Assembly (NCBI GenBank): GCA_010093745.1
Contig: MU005980.1
Coordinates: 1-64,000 of the forward strand
DNA: 64,000 bases
Direction: 5' to 3'
Source of the DNA: Piedraia hortae CBS 480.64
Lineage: Eukaryota
The notes beneath the pieces are model-generated. The model did not search any database. It was not told the DNA's origin and worked only from the letters and a program-made list of their open reading frames with translations. The translations under genes were made by a program, and so were the position numbers. The first letter of the stretch is position 1; every line of letters begins with the position of its first letter. Shown here one piece after another: positions 46,710-58,613 of the stretch.

Positions 46710-47174
46710 GGCGAAAGCTGGACAGCAGTATACAGCAGTAGACAGCGCAGTGGGCACCCAATTGACAGCTGACTCACAGGTGAAATGTCTTGCCACGTCG
46801 CTAGTCACATCGCCGCGCGAACGGATCGCTGCGCATGGAGTGTTGATGAGAACTCCAGGTCAGTCCTGCGATAACGCGCTTTCACTGTTCATAATGTCAA
46901 ACAATCGTGGGCTTTCATACGGAACATTGTTTGTCCGACGCGCTGCGGTTTGCGCTGCGGTTTGCGCTTGCGGTGGGGGTGCAAAAGTTGTATGGTTGTC
47001 TCCTGCCCATTTCAGAATTTTTTCCGCGGAATTTGAACCACCTCTCGACGACCAACCTCTTTTCGAAACCCACTTCTTCCATCACCGCACGCCCTCCTTA
47101 CCATCTACCGCCTTCGTGTTCGCACTCGTTCCCTTATTGTCTACTCCCTTCTTCTACCCATCTTTATTACTGCA

Positions 47175-49648
47175 ATGTCTGGCTGGGGTGCTGCTCCGTC
47201 TGGCGGCGGCGCCGACAACTCCTGGGGCGGTGGAGGCCAATCATCTGACGTCGACAATTCGTGGGGTGGCGGAGGCCAGTCTTCTGCTGTCGATAACTCG
47301 TGGAGCGGTGGAGACCAGGCCTCTGCTACCCACAACTTGTGGGGTGGTGGTGGCCAGGCTTCTGGCGCTAACAACTCCTGGGGCGGTGGCCAGTCGTCGG
47401 GCGATACTGGCAACTGGGGCACTGGTCAGGCTTCTGGCAATAATGATTTTGGCAACAACAATGGCGGATTTGGTGGCGGGGAAGGGGGCGAAGAGCCTGC
47501 TGTTAACGATCCCCCTATTATCCCAGAATGGCGTGACTTCCACGGAGTGCCTGAAGACGAGGTTCGTCGCGCCCGTGCCGGTGGCATCTATCGTTTCCAG
47601 GGTGCTTCTGCTGCCAAGTATGAATTCAACGGAGAGTTTGGTGACGTCTTGCCCGAAATTCCCGCTCTCGAGGAAATCCTGTTCGACCGCAAAGTCGTCG
47701 GGCCTCGCGGCGAGCATTTTGCCAACCTCCCGGACAACGTTGTGGTCGAGGGCCCCAAAAAGATTTCTCCCGTGAACAAGGCAAGAGTCTCGAACCGATC
47801 CATTCTTTCTCTCTGACATTGTGCAGTTCGTCGATGCTGGACTGCACCCCGTTGTGGTTGAGAACACGAAGAAGGTGGGTTACGATGATTGCACTCCCAT
47901 TCAGCGTTACACCATCCCGGCTGTCCTCCAGGGCAGCGATGTTGTGGGCATCGCCCAGACGGGTAGGTGGCATCCAAATACCCTCTACTGCCACGGTCAT
48001 GGCTAATGATGTCGTGCAGGTTCTGGCAAGACAGCTGCGTACCTTGTTCCCATCCTGTCCAATCTGATGGGCAAAGCCAAGGAGTTGTCCGGACCCAAAC
48101 CCGGTTTGAACGGCGTTGGTTCTACCGAGACTGTTAGGGCTGAGCCTTTGGTCGTTGTTGTCGTGCCAACGCGCGAGCTGGCAATTCAAATTTTTGACGA
48201 GGCTCGTCGTATGTGCTATCGCTCGATGCTTCGTCCCGCTGTCAGCTATGGGGGATTTCCTCTGATCCGCACTATTATGGATCTGAAGAAGGGCTGTGAT
48301 GTCCTCATCGCGACTCCGGGCCGTCTGTGCAATCTCATGGAGATCACGGAAACCCTTTCCATGAGCCGCGTGAGGTACACGGTCATCGATGAGGCGGACG
48401 AGATGCTTCAGGATGACTGGAATGACGAGCTCCATATGGTTATGTCTGGCGGTGGTGAGTGGCTCCAAGTTTTCGACGCCATGCTTGCTAACCTGTGTAA
48501 CAGATCGTCAGAAGCATGACGACCATCAGTTCCTCATGTTTTCGGCCACATTTCCCGGTCCAACTCGCAGGCTTGCACGCAAGCATCTGTCTCCGAACTA
48601 TGTGCGCATCAAGGTCGGTCGTGTTGGTTCTACCCACATCAACATCCAGCAGAAGGTCATGTATGTCGACGGGCGCGAGAAGCAGTCTGTCCTGCAGGAT
48701 ATGTTGCTCCAGTCTGATAAGCCGTGCCTCACGTTGATTTTCTGTAATTCGAAGGCTATGGTCGATACGTTGGACCAGCTTCTCTGGGAGCAGGGTCTGC
48801 CGACGACCTCGATCCACGGTGGTCGAGGCCAGCGCGAGCGCGAGGATGCTCTGTAAGTTCAAAGTGCCCTGTTTTTGTACAGCAACTGACGTTCATTCAG
48901 TCGCGCGTTCCGTACTGGTCGTTGTCCCATTCTTGTGGCAACTGGTATCTCTGCCCGTGGCTGGGACATCAAGGGTTGCGAACATGTCATCAACTATGAT
49001 CTTCCTTCTGCCAGCAGCGGTGGTATCAACGAGTACATTCACCGTATCGGTCGTACTGCTCGTATCGGCCGTCTAGGCCGCGCCACTTCCTTTTACAATG
49101 AGAGGAACGAAGATCTTGCTCCTGAGCTTGTCAAGGTTCTGATCGAATGTGGCTGCGAGGTCCCCGATTTCCTCGAGCAGTACAAGCCCGAAGGCGAACT
49201 TGACTTTGAGGATAACAGTGATGAAGAGCCTGCTCGCGCCGATGGCGGAGGCTGGGGTGATGAAGGCGACGCTTCCGGCCAGGGCAATGCCAACGGTGGT
49301 GGGGGCTGGGGCGCTGAGCCGACTGGAGGTGGTTCTGGTGCTCCTACCACTGGCGGAGGATGGGGTAATGACGCGAATACCGGAGCTGCGGCCTCGGGCA
49401 GCGGCTGGGGCGTTAATGCCAATGCCAAGAAGAACGTCGCGCCCGGCTTCAATGCGGAGGCAGCTCCCTTCAAGTCTGCCGTTGGCAACAATGCTCTCCC
49501 TGCTGGCAATAGCACTAGCTCCGTTAGCAACAATGCTCCTCCTGCTCAGGCTGGCTGGGATGCAGCTCCCGTTCCCGCTCCTGCTCCTGCTGCGAGCGAC
49601 TGGAATACTCCGGCTGCTGAACCTGATAATTCAGGCTTCTCATGGTAA
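47175..49648 (+). CDS. DEAD-box RNA helicase, Ded1/DDX3/Vasa-like paralog with WG/GW-rich tails; introns 47781-47826 (GC-AG), 47963-48019, 48455-48503, 48853-48900
   Basis: Spliced motifs GYDDCTPIQ, AQTGSGKT, PTRELA, TPGRL, DEADEML, SAT, IHGGRGQRERE, ARGWD, HRIGRTAR. Confidence 0.92.
47214..47405 (+). repeat. 39-bp (13-aa) tandem repeat, about 5 copies, encoding DNSWGGGGQSS units
   Basis: Units resembling GACAACTCCTGGGGCGGTGGAGGCCAATCATCTGACGTC. Confidence 0.9.
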
Positions 49649-50518
49649 CTGCGCTCGTTTGAACGATGCTGCTGTGTTCGGGTAAAGGTAATGATGGGTT
49701 TGTAGCGTTGATAACAATGTACCAACAGAAGTCCTCCAAGATAGAACAAAAGGCGTCGTGACACGTGGGTAATGTGAACGCGTAGTGTGCCGGACCGAAT
49801 AATGCAAAACGTGGCGGCCTGCCCGTGTCAGTGACATTTGCTGGTGTTTTTACCTGTGTGAGTGTGAGTCGATTGACTCTTCGTCTAGGATCTCTAATTT
49901 GAGAAGCTACCGAAGCAGAGCTCGGAGAGGCAGGCTTCCTGGGAGGTTTGCATTTCCGACTCAGTCCTTTGCCGTGTCCATAGTTATACACATCCGTACT
50001 GTCCTATGTTGTACAACTTGTTTTGATACCGCGATGTTGCTTGCGCTGAAGCGCATTACTTCTTTCTCTTTTGTTCCAAGAACAGGACCTGTCTCTTGAC
50101 TGTTGCGCTTCAATTAGCTTCCGCATCTCTTCCCACCACTAAAACGTACCAACAGGGTCGTATTTGAGCATACTAAGCGGCCTTGCCGTCCTCGGTCGTG
50201 TGAAAGTCTTGTAGTAGCCCGTCATGGCCATTGAGATGAGTCGCACGGCAATCGTTCGCGATTTTGCTGTACGAAACCGTCAGTTCCTGTACGCTCTACA
50301 AATCCAGCGACTCAAAAACCTTTGCGCGCCATGATTTGCGCCTTGCCAGGGACCCGTAGGCTGCCAGTCCCTCGATGTGCGGTCTTGTAAGTGCAAACCT
50401 AACCCTATTTTTGGGTTATCACGGACGCGCGCCGAACCTCGGAACCGAGCGCCCTCGGGGGGGTGGGAAGTTTCCCAGAGGGAGGATGGATGGACTTGGA
50501 CATTGTAAAGGAAATACA

Positions 50519-51308
50519 ATGGCTTTAGTCTACCATCCCGCTGTCGGACACTTTAATCGATTTGTTGCTACTACCGGTACGTTTACGAGGTTGGTACGGA
50601 GTGGGCTGTGTGACTGATGGAGGCAACCAGTCGGTCGCGACAAAGCCCTCCGCACGGTACAGTACATCTCGCGGTTCTTGGCCTGGTACACGTACCGAAC
50701 GAACCGCACGGCGGAGACGGTCGCAATATGGGAGGGTATCAAGAAGAACTTTGGGACGGTGCGCAAGGCGATGCGAATCGGAAAGTTCGTGGAGCATCTC
50801 ACTGCGGCTGCGCAGGCGGCGGATGCGAAGGGTTCAGATGAGATTTTAAAGGCGTTGGCGGTAGCCAGACAGCTGGGCTATGCAACCTACCTCGCTTTGG
50901 ATTCGTTTACGTACCTCCACCATACGGGTATCAGGCCCTTGGCGAGCGGGAAGAGACTCGCTACGGAGGCGTATAGGGCTTGGTTTGTGGGGATTCTGTG
51001 CAGTGTCGTGGCGGGGGCGTACAAGTTGAATGTGATGGGGAAGGCGCAGTATGCGAATGAAAAGGGGGATGAGGTTGTTGAGAGGAAGAAGCTTGACCGG
51101 TTGGTTTATCCTGCCCGTTGATGGAACATGCTAATCGGATAATAGGGAAAGGTGGGCGGTGAAGAAGCAGCTTATCTCGGATCTGTGCGATTTGACCATC
51201 CCGACGAGCGCACTGGGTTGGGTCAATATTGATGATGGACTCGTTGGCATCGCGGGTACGATCAGCAGCTTGATTGGACTCGTGGCGGCGTGGAAGAAGA
51301 CTGCGTAA
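50519..51308 (+). CDS. PEX11: Peroxin Pex11; introns 50577-50630 and 51100-51145
   Basis: LVYHPAVGHFNRFVATTVGRDKALRTVQYISRF, RKAMRIGKFVEH, QLISDLCDLTIP, DDGLVGIAG, and the end WKKTA. Confidence 0.95.
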
Positions 51309-51324
51309 TGGCGTAATGTGTTTG

Positions 51325-52368
51325 CTATCCTCTGAGGTGTGTTTTTACAATGTTATCCCGCGTAGCGGGTGGGAGGGAGATGTAATGCAGATGAGCGAGC
51401 AGTTCATGTCGAAGTTGTGTTTCTGATTCCACCGACAGTGACTGCAGCAAGGCGACCAGATCTGCCCTGCGAGTGCTCTCCGGCAGCTTGAGTCGCTTGA
51501 TGTGTTCGCGGTACAGCTTCTCTCTCTCTTTGTCTGACATTTCCCTGTTCGTCATGGCCCGTTCACGACGGTATTTGCGCCGGAACTCGGGCCAGTAGAG
51601 CTTCGGACTCGCTTTTTCGTCCAGCAACGCCAAGTAGCCGACCCTGGGATCTTCCTTCTCAATGCCCTTCTTCAGCTCCTGCAGCCGTGCCGCCGCGTTT
51701 TTGGACCATTGCGTCCACACTTCCCGTCGGGCCTTCATCGACGATAGCGCCGTGTATCGCTCATCATTGAGGATGCTGTCGGCGCTCGTGTCACCGATAA
51801 TCGTTTCCCATGTTGTGTATGGGGAGATTTGGTAATCGTCCAGCATCTCCTGGAACACCTGCACTGCATCTTCCCCGTCTCCCTCGTCGTCGTCGTTGTT
51901 GTTCTCCTCCATGGCGGCCAGCTGATAGGCGATATCATCTTCGCCGAATTCCACCTGCTGCTGCTGTTGTTTGGTCTCCGGAATGGATTCGTCCTCGGAA
52001 TCTGTGACTTCAATGACCTCATAGCTGCCTTCGCTGTCGTACTCTATCCTACCAACAACTGGCTCGACCGTTTTGACCTCGTCTCCTTCAAGTAGCGCTT
52101 GTTCGTCTTCCTGCTGCGCAACCTCGCTTAGTCTGTCCTGTTCCTCGTTGCCTGCTTGTGCATCGAACCTTGCCAGTGCCGGGATCAATTCAACTGGCGG
52201 CCGCCAGAGTGATTGATTTGTTTTGACATTGTGAACAAATCGTCTTCCATATCTCGTCTTGAGCACAACCCAGTCTTCCTCTCCGGGCAGCTTATGCTTT
52301 GATACTGGTTTGTCCTGTCGGTGTTTTTCTTGGAAGCTGGCGTCCCGTAGATAGTCGAGCTGTTCCAT
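51325..52368 (-). CDS. WW/FF-domain protein (TCERG1/Dre4/Urn1-like)
   Basis: WW-like [28 protein letters not shown]-like [17 protein letters not shown]...[12 protein letters not shown]...[11 protein letters not shown]. Confidence 0.78.
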   Translation of the reverse strand: MEQLDYLRDASFQEKHRQDKPVSKHKLPGEEDWVVLKTRYGRRFVHNVKTNQSLWRPPVELIPALARFDAQAGNEEQDRLSEVAQQEDEQALLEGDEVKTVEPVVGRIEYDSEGSYEVIEVTDSEDESIPETKQQQQQVEFGEDDIAYQLAAMEENNNDDDEGDGEDAVQVFQEMLDDYQISPYTTWETIIGDTSADSILNDERYTALSSMKARREVWTQWSKNAAARLQELKKGIEKEDPRVGYLALLDEKASPKLYWPEFRRKYRRERAMTNREMSDKEREKLYREHIKRLKLPESTRRADLVALLQSLSVESETQLRHELLAHLHYISLPPATRDNIVKTHLRG

Positions 52369-52496
52369 GGTATCGATGTGGGCATGAGTCAGCCGTTATG
52401 CGGTGTGGCGCGAGTCAGTTGGTGGGGTGCAGCGTCACGCGAGTCAGGAAATGCGACTTCACGTTGACAACTTGCCCTCCACAACCCCAGCACAGC

Positions 52497-53286
52497 ATGT
52501 CTCGGCGCTACGATAGCCGTACGACCATCTTCTCGCCTGAAGGCCGCCTGTACCAGGTAGAGTATGCGTTGGAGGCTATTTCCCACGCCGGTGCGGCGCT
52601 GGGCATCCTTGCTACAGACGGCATCGTCCTTGCGGCCGAGCGCAAGGTGACGAGCAAGCTGCTGGAACAGGATACGAGTGCGGAGAAGCTGTACATTCTG
52701 AATGAGTGAGTCTTCCATCTACTCTGCTGGCCCATGGCTAATTACCAGCAACATGATCTGCGCCGTAGCGGGGATGACGGCGGACGCCAATATTTTGATC
52801 AATCACGCGCGACAGGCTGCTCAGCGATATTTAATGACATACAATACGGACATCCCCTGCGAGCAGCTGGTACGACGGCTATGCGATCTCAAGCAGGGCT
52901 ACACGCAGCACGGCGGCCTGCGACCATTTGGCGTCTCCTTCATCTACGCTGGATGGGACCCGCACAGGCAGTTCCAACTGTACCAGTCCAATCCGTCCGG
53001 AAACTACGGTGGCTGGAAAGCCACGTCGGTAGGCGCCAACAATGCCTCCGCCCAGTCCCTTCTCAAACAAGACTACGACGAGGAGTGCAATCTCAAGCAG
53101 GCCTGTGAACTGGCCGTCAAGGTTCTCAGTAAAACGATGGACAGCACAAAGCTCAGCAGCGAGAAAATCGAATTCGCTACCGTTGGTCGCACCGCTGACG
53201 GTACCGTCTATCATCACATGTGGGGCGCAGACGAAATCGATGCCCTCCTAAAGGAACACTCTCTTTCAGGTGTCTCAGATAAGTAG
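52497..53286 (+). CDS. PRE9: 20S proteasome subunit alpha3; intron 52706-52748
   Basis: [64 protein letters not shown]. Confidence 0.98.
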
Positions 53287-55177
53287 TTGTAATAACCGCT
53301 CTGTGTGTATACTAGTGCATCAATGTCAGTTGTTCATTCTGCTCCATGGGTTCTGGCTTGTGGACCGATTCAACCATTGAACCTAAGGGAAGCGAATCAA
53401 TTTCTGCGCAATGCTTGTCTGTCATATGCGCATGTTAATGTAAATGCTCCAGGCTCTCTTAAATCGTCTCTGCAAACATCCGACTTCATGACGTCGTCTT
53501 GTGAACTCGTGTGATCCACGCGGAATGTCAAAGGGTGGAACGTGAGTTTGCCAAGCCGCGAAGACGGATCCTTTGATTCGTTGGGACCACCAAACTCAAA
53601 AAGTTCGCCGCACGTATGTGCAATCCATGACAGGGGGCTTCATTCTCGCCATATCAGCACAAGCTTCGAGGTCCTGTCTGCGCATAATGTCTGCTGTCTG
53701 ACATATTTCATGCGATTAGAATCGCGGGCTGAGGTCAAGCAGTCGTGTCAAAGGATTCTTTTTTTCCAGTGTGGCGTCGGAAAGGGGAAAAGCCGCCATT
53801 CCAAAATGTAAGGTCAAGCATTCGCATCGCTTGGGAAAATACCATACGGAACAGTGGAGCAGCAAAGGCTCTCCGAAACAAGACATTGGGAATTCTGAAA
53901 GCCCTTTCGCTGTGTTCTACCACCACGGAGGACCAACCGGCTCGTAAATCCATCACACCAGGATTCGAGTTTAGCAGCGAGCACCGGTGGTCCAGATTTT
54001 CATGCATTGTGACGAACCGGTGTATTTGAATTTGCACAATCCCTTTGTGCATATTGGTTGCCGTCCAAGTCAGCCATGGCAGATTAACCATATCCAGAAT
54101 CATCGAATAAATTTTTCGGTTTGTCTCAGGGAGTGCGACAAAGCCACTGGTGGTCCGGCACTGAAAGAGGCAGTTTCGTGCGGAGACAAAGTTTCAGGCG
54201 GAGGAAGTGTAAGATGGGACGAGAAATATAGTACAATCTTACTCCAAAAGGTCCAGTTAACGACCTGTGATATTTGAGAGGGAGAGGGACTTTGAGGAAG
54301 TCAAGGATGCTCTTATACATATAAGTATTGCTGTTGGTGTCCTCGCATATATATGTGGACAGCGATTAATCTTTGGAGCCAGACCTTGTCCGTTTTGACC
54401 TAGATATTCGAGGACAGGACCATATGATCAGACTGGAGGCGTTCGGCAACCTTTTCAAGTAAAGTGACGTGGATTTTGTGGTTGCTCGTCTTCAACTCAG
54501 ATTTTGTATCTGATGAGTGTTTCCTCCACGAACGTCTAGCTTCCCTTTCTTTCTCTGTGAAGAGGTCTTGATTCATTGGCGTTGAAATGGCTTGAAATAG
54601 GCGCAGAAATTGGAACATGGTCTGCCATGACTTTACGCGACTTCAGCTTAGGCATATAAAGATGCCAATTTCGCCATACGGACATGTAGCGATACGAAAC
54701 CTTCGCGTCAGTGGACATGGTCTTAAATCCTCCAGCATACCAAGGAAATCTCAGATACATACACATCTACTTCATTGCCTCTCGAACGATCCCCTAAACC
54801 CTGTGCGGTGCTTAGCTCTAGGGTAACCAGCCCTCGATGGGGCCGGTATGATTTTCACCAAAAGAGGAAGGCACATCCTGCCTTCTGGAAGCCCCACCCT
54901 CATCAACCACTATTCGGGAAAGTCGACTCACGTAATAGGCATAGTAAAATGACAGTCACAGCTTGCCCTGACCCTCTCTCTTTCTCTTAAATCTCCCTTC
55001 ATTGGCATTTCTCTTCTCCTCATCCACATTTACATCCTCATTCATTCCTTGGCCCCTCTATCCTCGTTACTTTGCAGCCATACTGTCATATCCACTCCTC
55101 GAATACCAACACCAGCAACTTACCCTTCTTTGGAATCCAACAACACCCTTACACAACACCTCCATCCCCCAAGCAAG

Positions 55178-56763
55178 ATGTTTGCACGCGCCATCGTGGG
55201 CGTTGTGGCAGGGCTGTCCCTGGTAAACGGACAGCTCGTCTCAGACCGTCTAGTACGTTGCCCATGTTGTCATGCGATCAAACATCTGACTTTATGCAGA
55301 ATACCATTGTACCCACTGTGTCCCTCTCCAGCATCGACAGTGCACTCTCAAGCTTGGTCTACGCCCAGACATCGGCTCTGAGTCAAGTCGACAGTGCTAT
55401 CCAGTCTGCGTCCACCGTTTCGCCCGCCATCGTCACGGATTTATCCAGCGCGGTCTCTTCTCTGGCCGCTGCTCCGACATCTCTGGTCAGTGCGGTAACA
55501 GATGCCGTCAGTTCGCTTGCCGCTCTACCAACAGCTGTTGCATCAGATATCAGCAGCGTCGTCAGTGCTCTGGGCACCACGCCCTCTACCGCGGCCGGTG
55601 ATGTGGCAAGTGTAGTCTCAGCCTTGGCAGCCCTACCTTCCTCTCTGCTGACCAGCGTCTCCGACATCGTCAATGCCCTGGTGGTGGTCCCAACTGGCTT
55701 GGTGGATTCCATTGTGAAAGCATTGGCTACTGTTGTGACAAATCCACAGTGTCTGGCTACCCTCCCAGCAACGTTTGCCCAAGACTTGCAGCTCATCGTC
55801 GACTCTCTGAATGCCCTTGTAGGCTGCATACTGGTTGAGATCCAAAGCCTACTCTCTAGCCTTACCAACATTCTGAGCCTTGGACTTGCAGGAACAGGCA
55901 CAGTCACAAATTCCATACTGCAGCAAGTCACCGATACTGTTCAGAGTATCCTCTCCCTCCCATCATCTTCGGTGGACTCCATTCTGAGTCGGATCACGTC
56001 GCTACAGTCGTCTCTCAGTGGCACCTCGCAGTGTGCGCAGACATCGAGTGCAATTTCAGCCACTCCTTACACTTCCACTGTGACCATCTCGTCCTCGACG
56101 ACGACAACGTTCCCGGCACCGTCTACAACTACGACTACCATGTCATCCACTGGAGATACGACTACGACGTCCATGGATTCCACTCAAGCCACGGACACGA
56201 CCACGACGTCCATGGAATCCGCTCAAGCCACGGATACGACTACCGTCTCATCCACTGAGGCTCCCTCTACCGCCACCTCCACCACCACGGTTTCTGCTTA
56301 CGTTACAACTACAGTGCCAGCCAGCACGGTAACGGCACCTGGTATGACCATTACTGAACCTGGCATAACGGTGACGGAGCCCGGGGTGACGGTCACCGAA
56401 TCAGCGAGTACGGTGACAATGATGATGCCGGTGACATTGCCAGCGAGCACGGTGACAGTAACGACTACCTCCGCGTCGGTGATTACCTCAACAGTGTCGC
56501 AGGAGGCGTCGACTAAGACAGTGATACAAGTCTCGACTGTAACTGTGACACCCGCATCCATCAGTGAGGCAATCCAAACAAAACTAGAAGGTTACCCTGT
56601 TGTCTCCACATCGACGCAAACCTTGATCAAGGCTCTACCGAAGCCGACTACCGAGGCTGTGCAAACGGTTTGGGCGAGGCCAGGCAAGGGTGCTGCGAAC
56701 GCCAATGGGATTGAGATGGGGCTTATGGCGATGGGATTGGTGTTGAGCTTTGCCATGTTGTGA
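55178..56763 (+). CDS. Secreted Ser/Thr-rich, probably GPI-anchored cell-surface protein; intron 55253-55299
   Basis: Signal peptide MFARAIVGVVAGLSLVNG; phase-0 GTACGT...CTGAC...CAG intron; S/T-rich stalk; hydrophobic C-terminus GAANANGIEMGLMAMGLVLSFAML. Confidence 0.85.
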
Positions 56764-58436
56764 TTTGGGCTCTGTTAACTAAGGGTTTGTGATTTGGAAT
56801 TTGGGGTCTCTGGCGGGAGGTTTTCCTATGTATCAAAACAGTTTCTTTTTTGTCCATTTGTTCTTTATTCTGCCCGAAACTGTCTTGAATGCCGCATAAA
56901 TTCTCAGTTGCTAGGTTCTAGTCTCAACACAATCACAATGCTGCCATGGCGATTGCAACGTATCGTGTACTGGTAACTGATAATCCGAACCAATCTTCTG
57001 TCACATTCGAGAACGTTGCAGTTCAGCTTATCAAACTATGGAGATGAATATATGCTGCATAAAGAAATTGCAGCAATATGTGAAGATCTAGATAACTTTA
57101 GCCCCAATCTTGTAGCAAAAGCTGCGAGATTTTTGCAACGAGACATTTTAGCGTGCGGGTAGTCTGGGACCGTCATATTGAAACATGTAGACAACGGCCA
57201 TTTTCAGGAGGATAACGTTCATAGCGGAAGGCGTCTGTCGGCTCTGTTGATGTAAGTGGGAAAGTACTTGAGCGTAGTACCCCTTTCGCATTTTTTAACG
57301 TTCTCGAAGAGCTGGAAAAGAGTTGATTCCCTGCTTTGATTTGGTTCGTGTTCGGTGGGATGACGTTTACTTCGCTGGGAATTGGAGATTGAGTTGGTGA
57401 TCAAGAAGAGAGGAAGGACGGGGGTTCCCCTCGCAGATGGGGAGGGTATAACTGATTTCTTGGGACCGGGATTTATAACATGGAGACTTGGGTGTGAATC
57501 CGTGCACTTGCATTTATGACAGGACGGAGTATGTGATTGAGGAGAGGGAAAGGAAGGAGGGGTTATTTTCTGAGATGGAAATGGCATTAAACTGATTTCG
57601 CGGGATCGGGGTTACTAATGACAATTTTTTGGGATTTTTAATGCTCGAATCAAGTATCTGTCCTCCTCCTTACATGTCCGTATTTTCAAATCGTAAGGCG
57701 GTAAATCGTCATTCCATACAAACTGTATTCTTCCATCGGTTGTGTGTGGAGTGGTGAGAATTTTTAGTTCCTTGAACGACTAGCTCGCTACATAAAGCGA
57801 CACCATTTTCTCCATTCTTTTCGTGACTGCTGTTGTACCCTCGTGTGGGAAGTGGGGTCTTGGGGTGTGTTTTTCTTGGATAAACGGTTGGCATGCTAAA
57901 GGTGATGCTCTATCTTTTCATAGGATGGGACGTGGGTTCTACCAACTTTATCCAGGTGGGATGTGTGAATGTGAGAGACGGAGGACCGTGATAGAAAAAC
58001 GCCATATGCCTGTGGACTGAGATGGCCTTGCATCAGCAGAAAAATCTGCTCAGCACTTTGAGCTTTTAACAATTTTCTAAGGGGTTATGTTGTTTTGAGG
58101 ACAGTGAAAACTTGACTCACAGTACGTGAACATCCTTACTGCGCGAAAGCGACCCTTGCGCATGGTCATAACCCAAACCCCTGCTACTACAGTTCCAGTT
58201 CGGGGCGGGTGGCACAATGCACGACTGTGTCCCAATAATCACAATATCTCACGCATTGACATTTTCGTAAACTTTGTGTCATGCATATTAGAGGGCTGAA
58301 TGTCTGATTCAGATTGGCATCCCGCAACGCCGTATCGCCGCAAAACTCTTGTGGGTGGTCGCGTTCTTGGGGTGTGATGATATTGAAACAGATGGTATTT
58401 GCGAGTGACAACGATGGATGGAGACTAGAGGTAATC

Positions 58437-58494
58437 GTATGACCGTAAGCATGTGGTCATACATGCAGTAAGACCGTCAGCATGCGGTCTTACT
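58437..58494. repeat. Two tandem about 30-bp hairpin units
   Basis: GTATGACC-gtaagcatgt-GGTCATAC and AGTAAGACCG-tcagcatg-CGGTCTTACT. Confidence 0.8.
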
Positions 58495-58514
58495 CCATGA
58501 CTCACCTCAAACAG

Positions 58515-58613
58515 TAGCAGGGCGCATTCACCATGTCGCATGCGGTATGACCCCAAGGGAAACCTCTGTGAGGACAAAACCTAGGGTGCAGCTGCTGGTG
58601 TAAGAGGTCTCGC
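58515..58613 (+). repeat. Dispersed hairpin-core repeat family, copy D
   Basis: GGCGCATTCACCATGTC...TGACCCCAAGGGAAACCTCTGTGAGGACAAAACCTAGGGTGCAGCTG is nearly collinear with 59738-59837. Confidence 0.85.

Noticed and set aside
53540..54780. Chain of short minus-strand ORFs
   Set aside because: Possibly another decayed gene, but there is no motif to support a call.
54788..54820. About 30-bp similarity to the reverse complement of 62435-62460 (GATCC..TAAACCYTGTGCGG)
   Set aside because: Too short and gapped to distinguish from chance in 64 kb.
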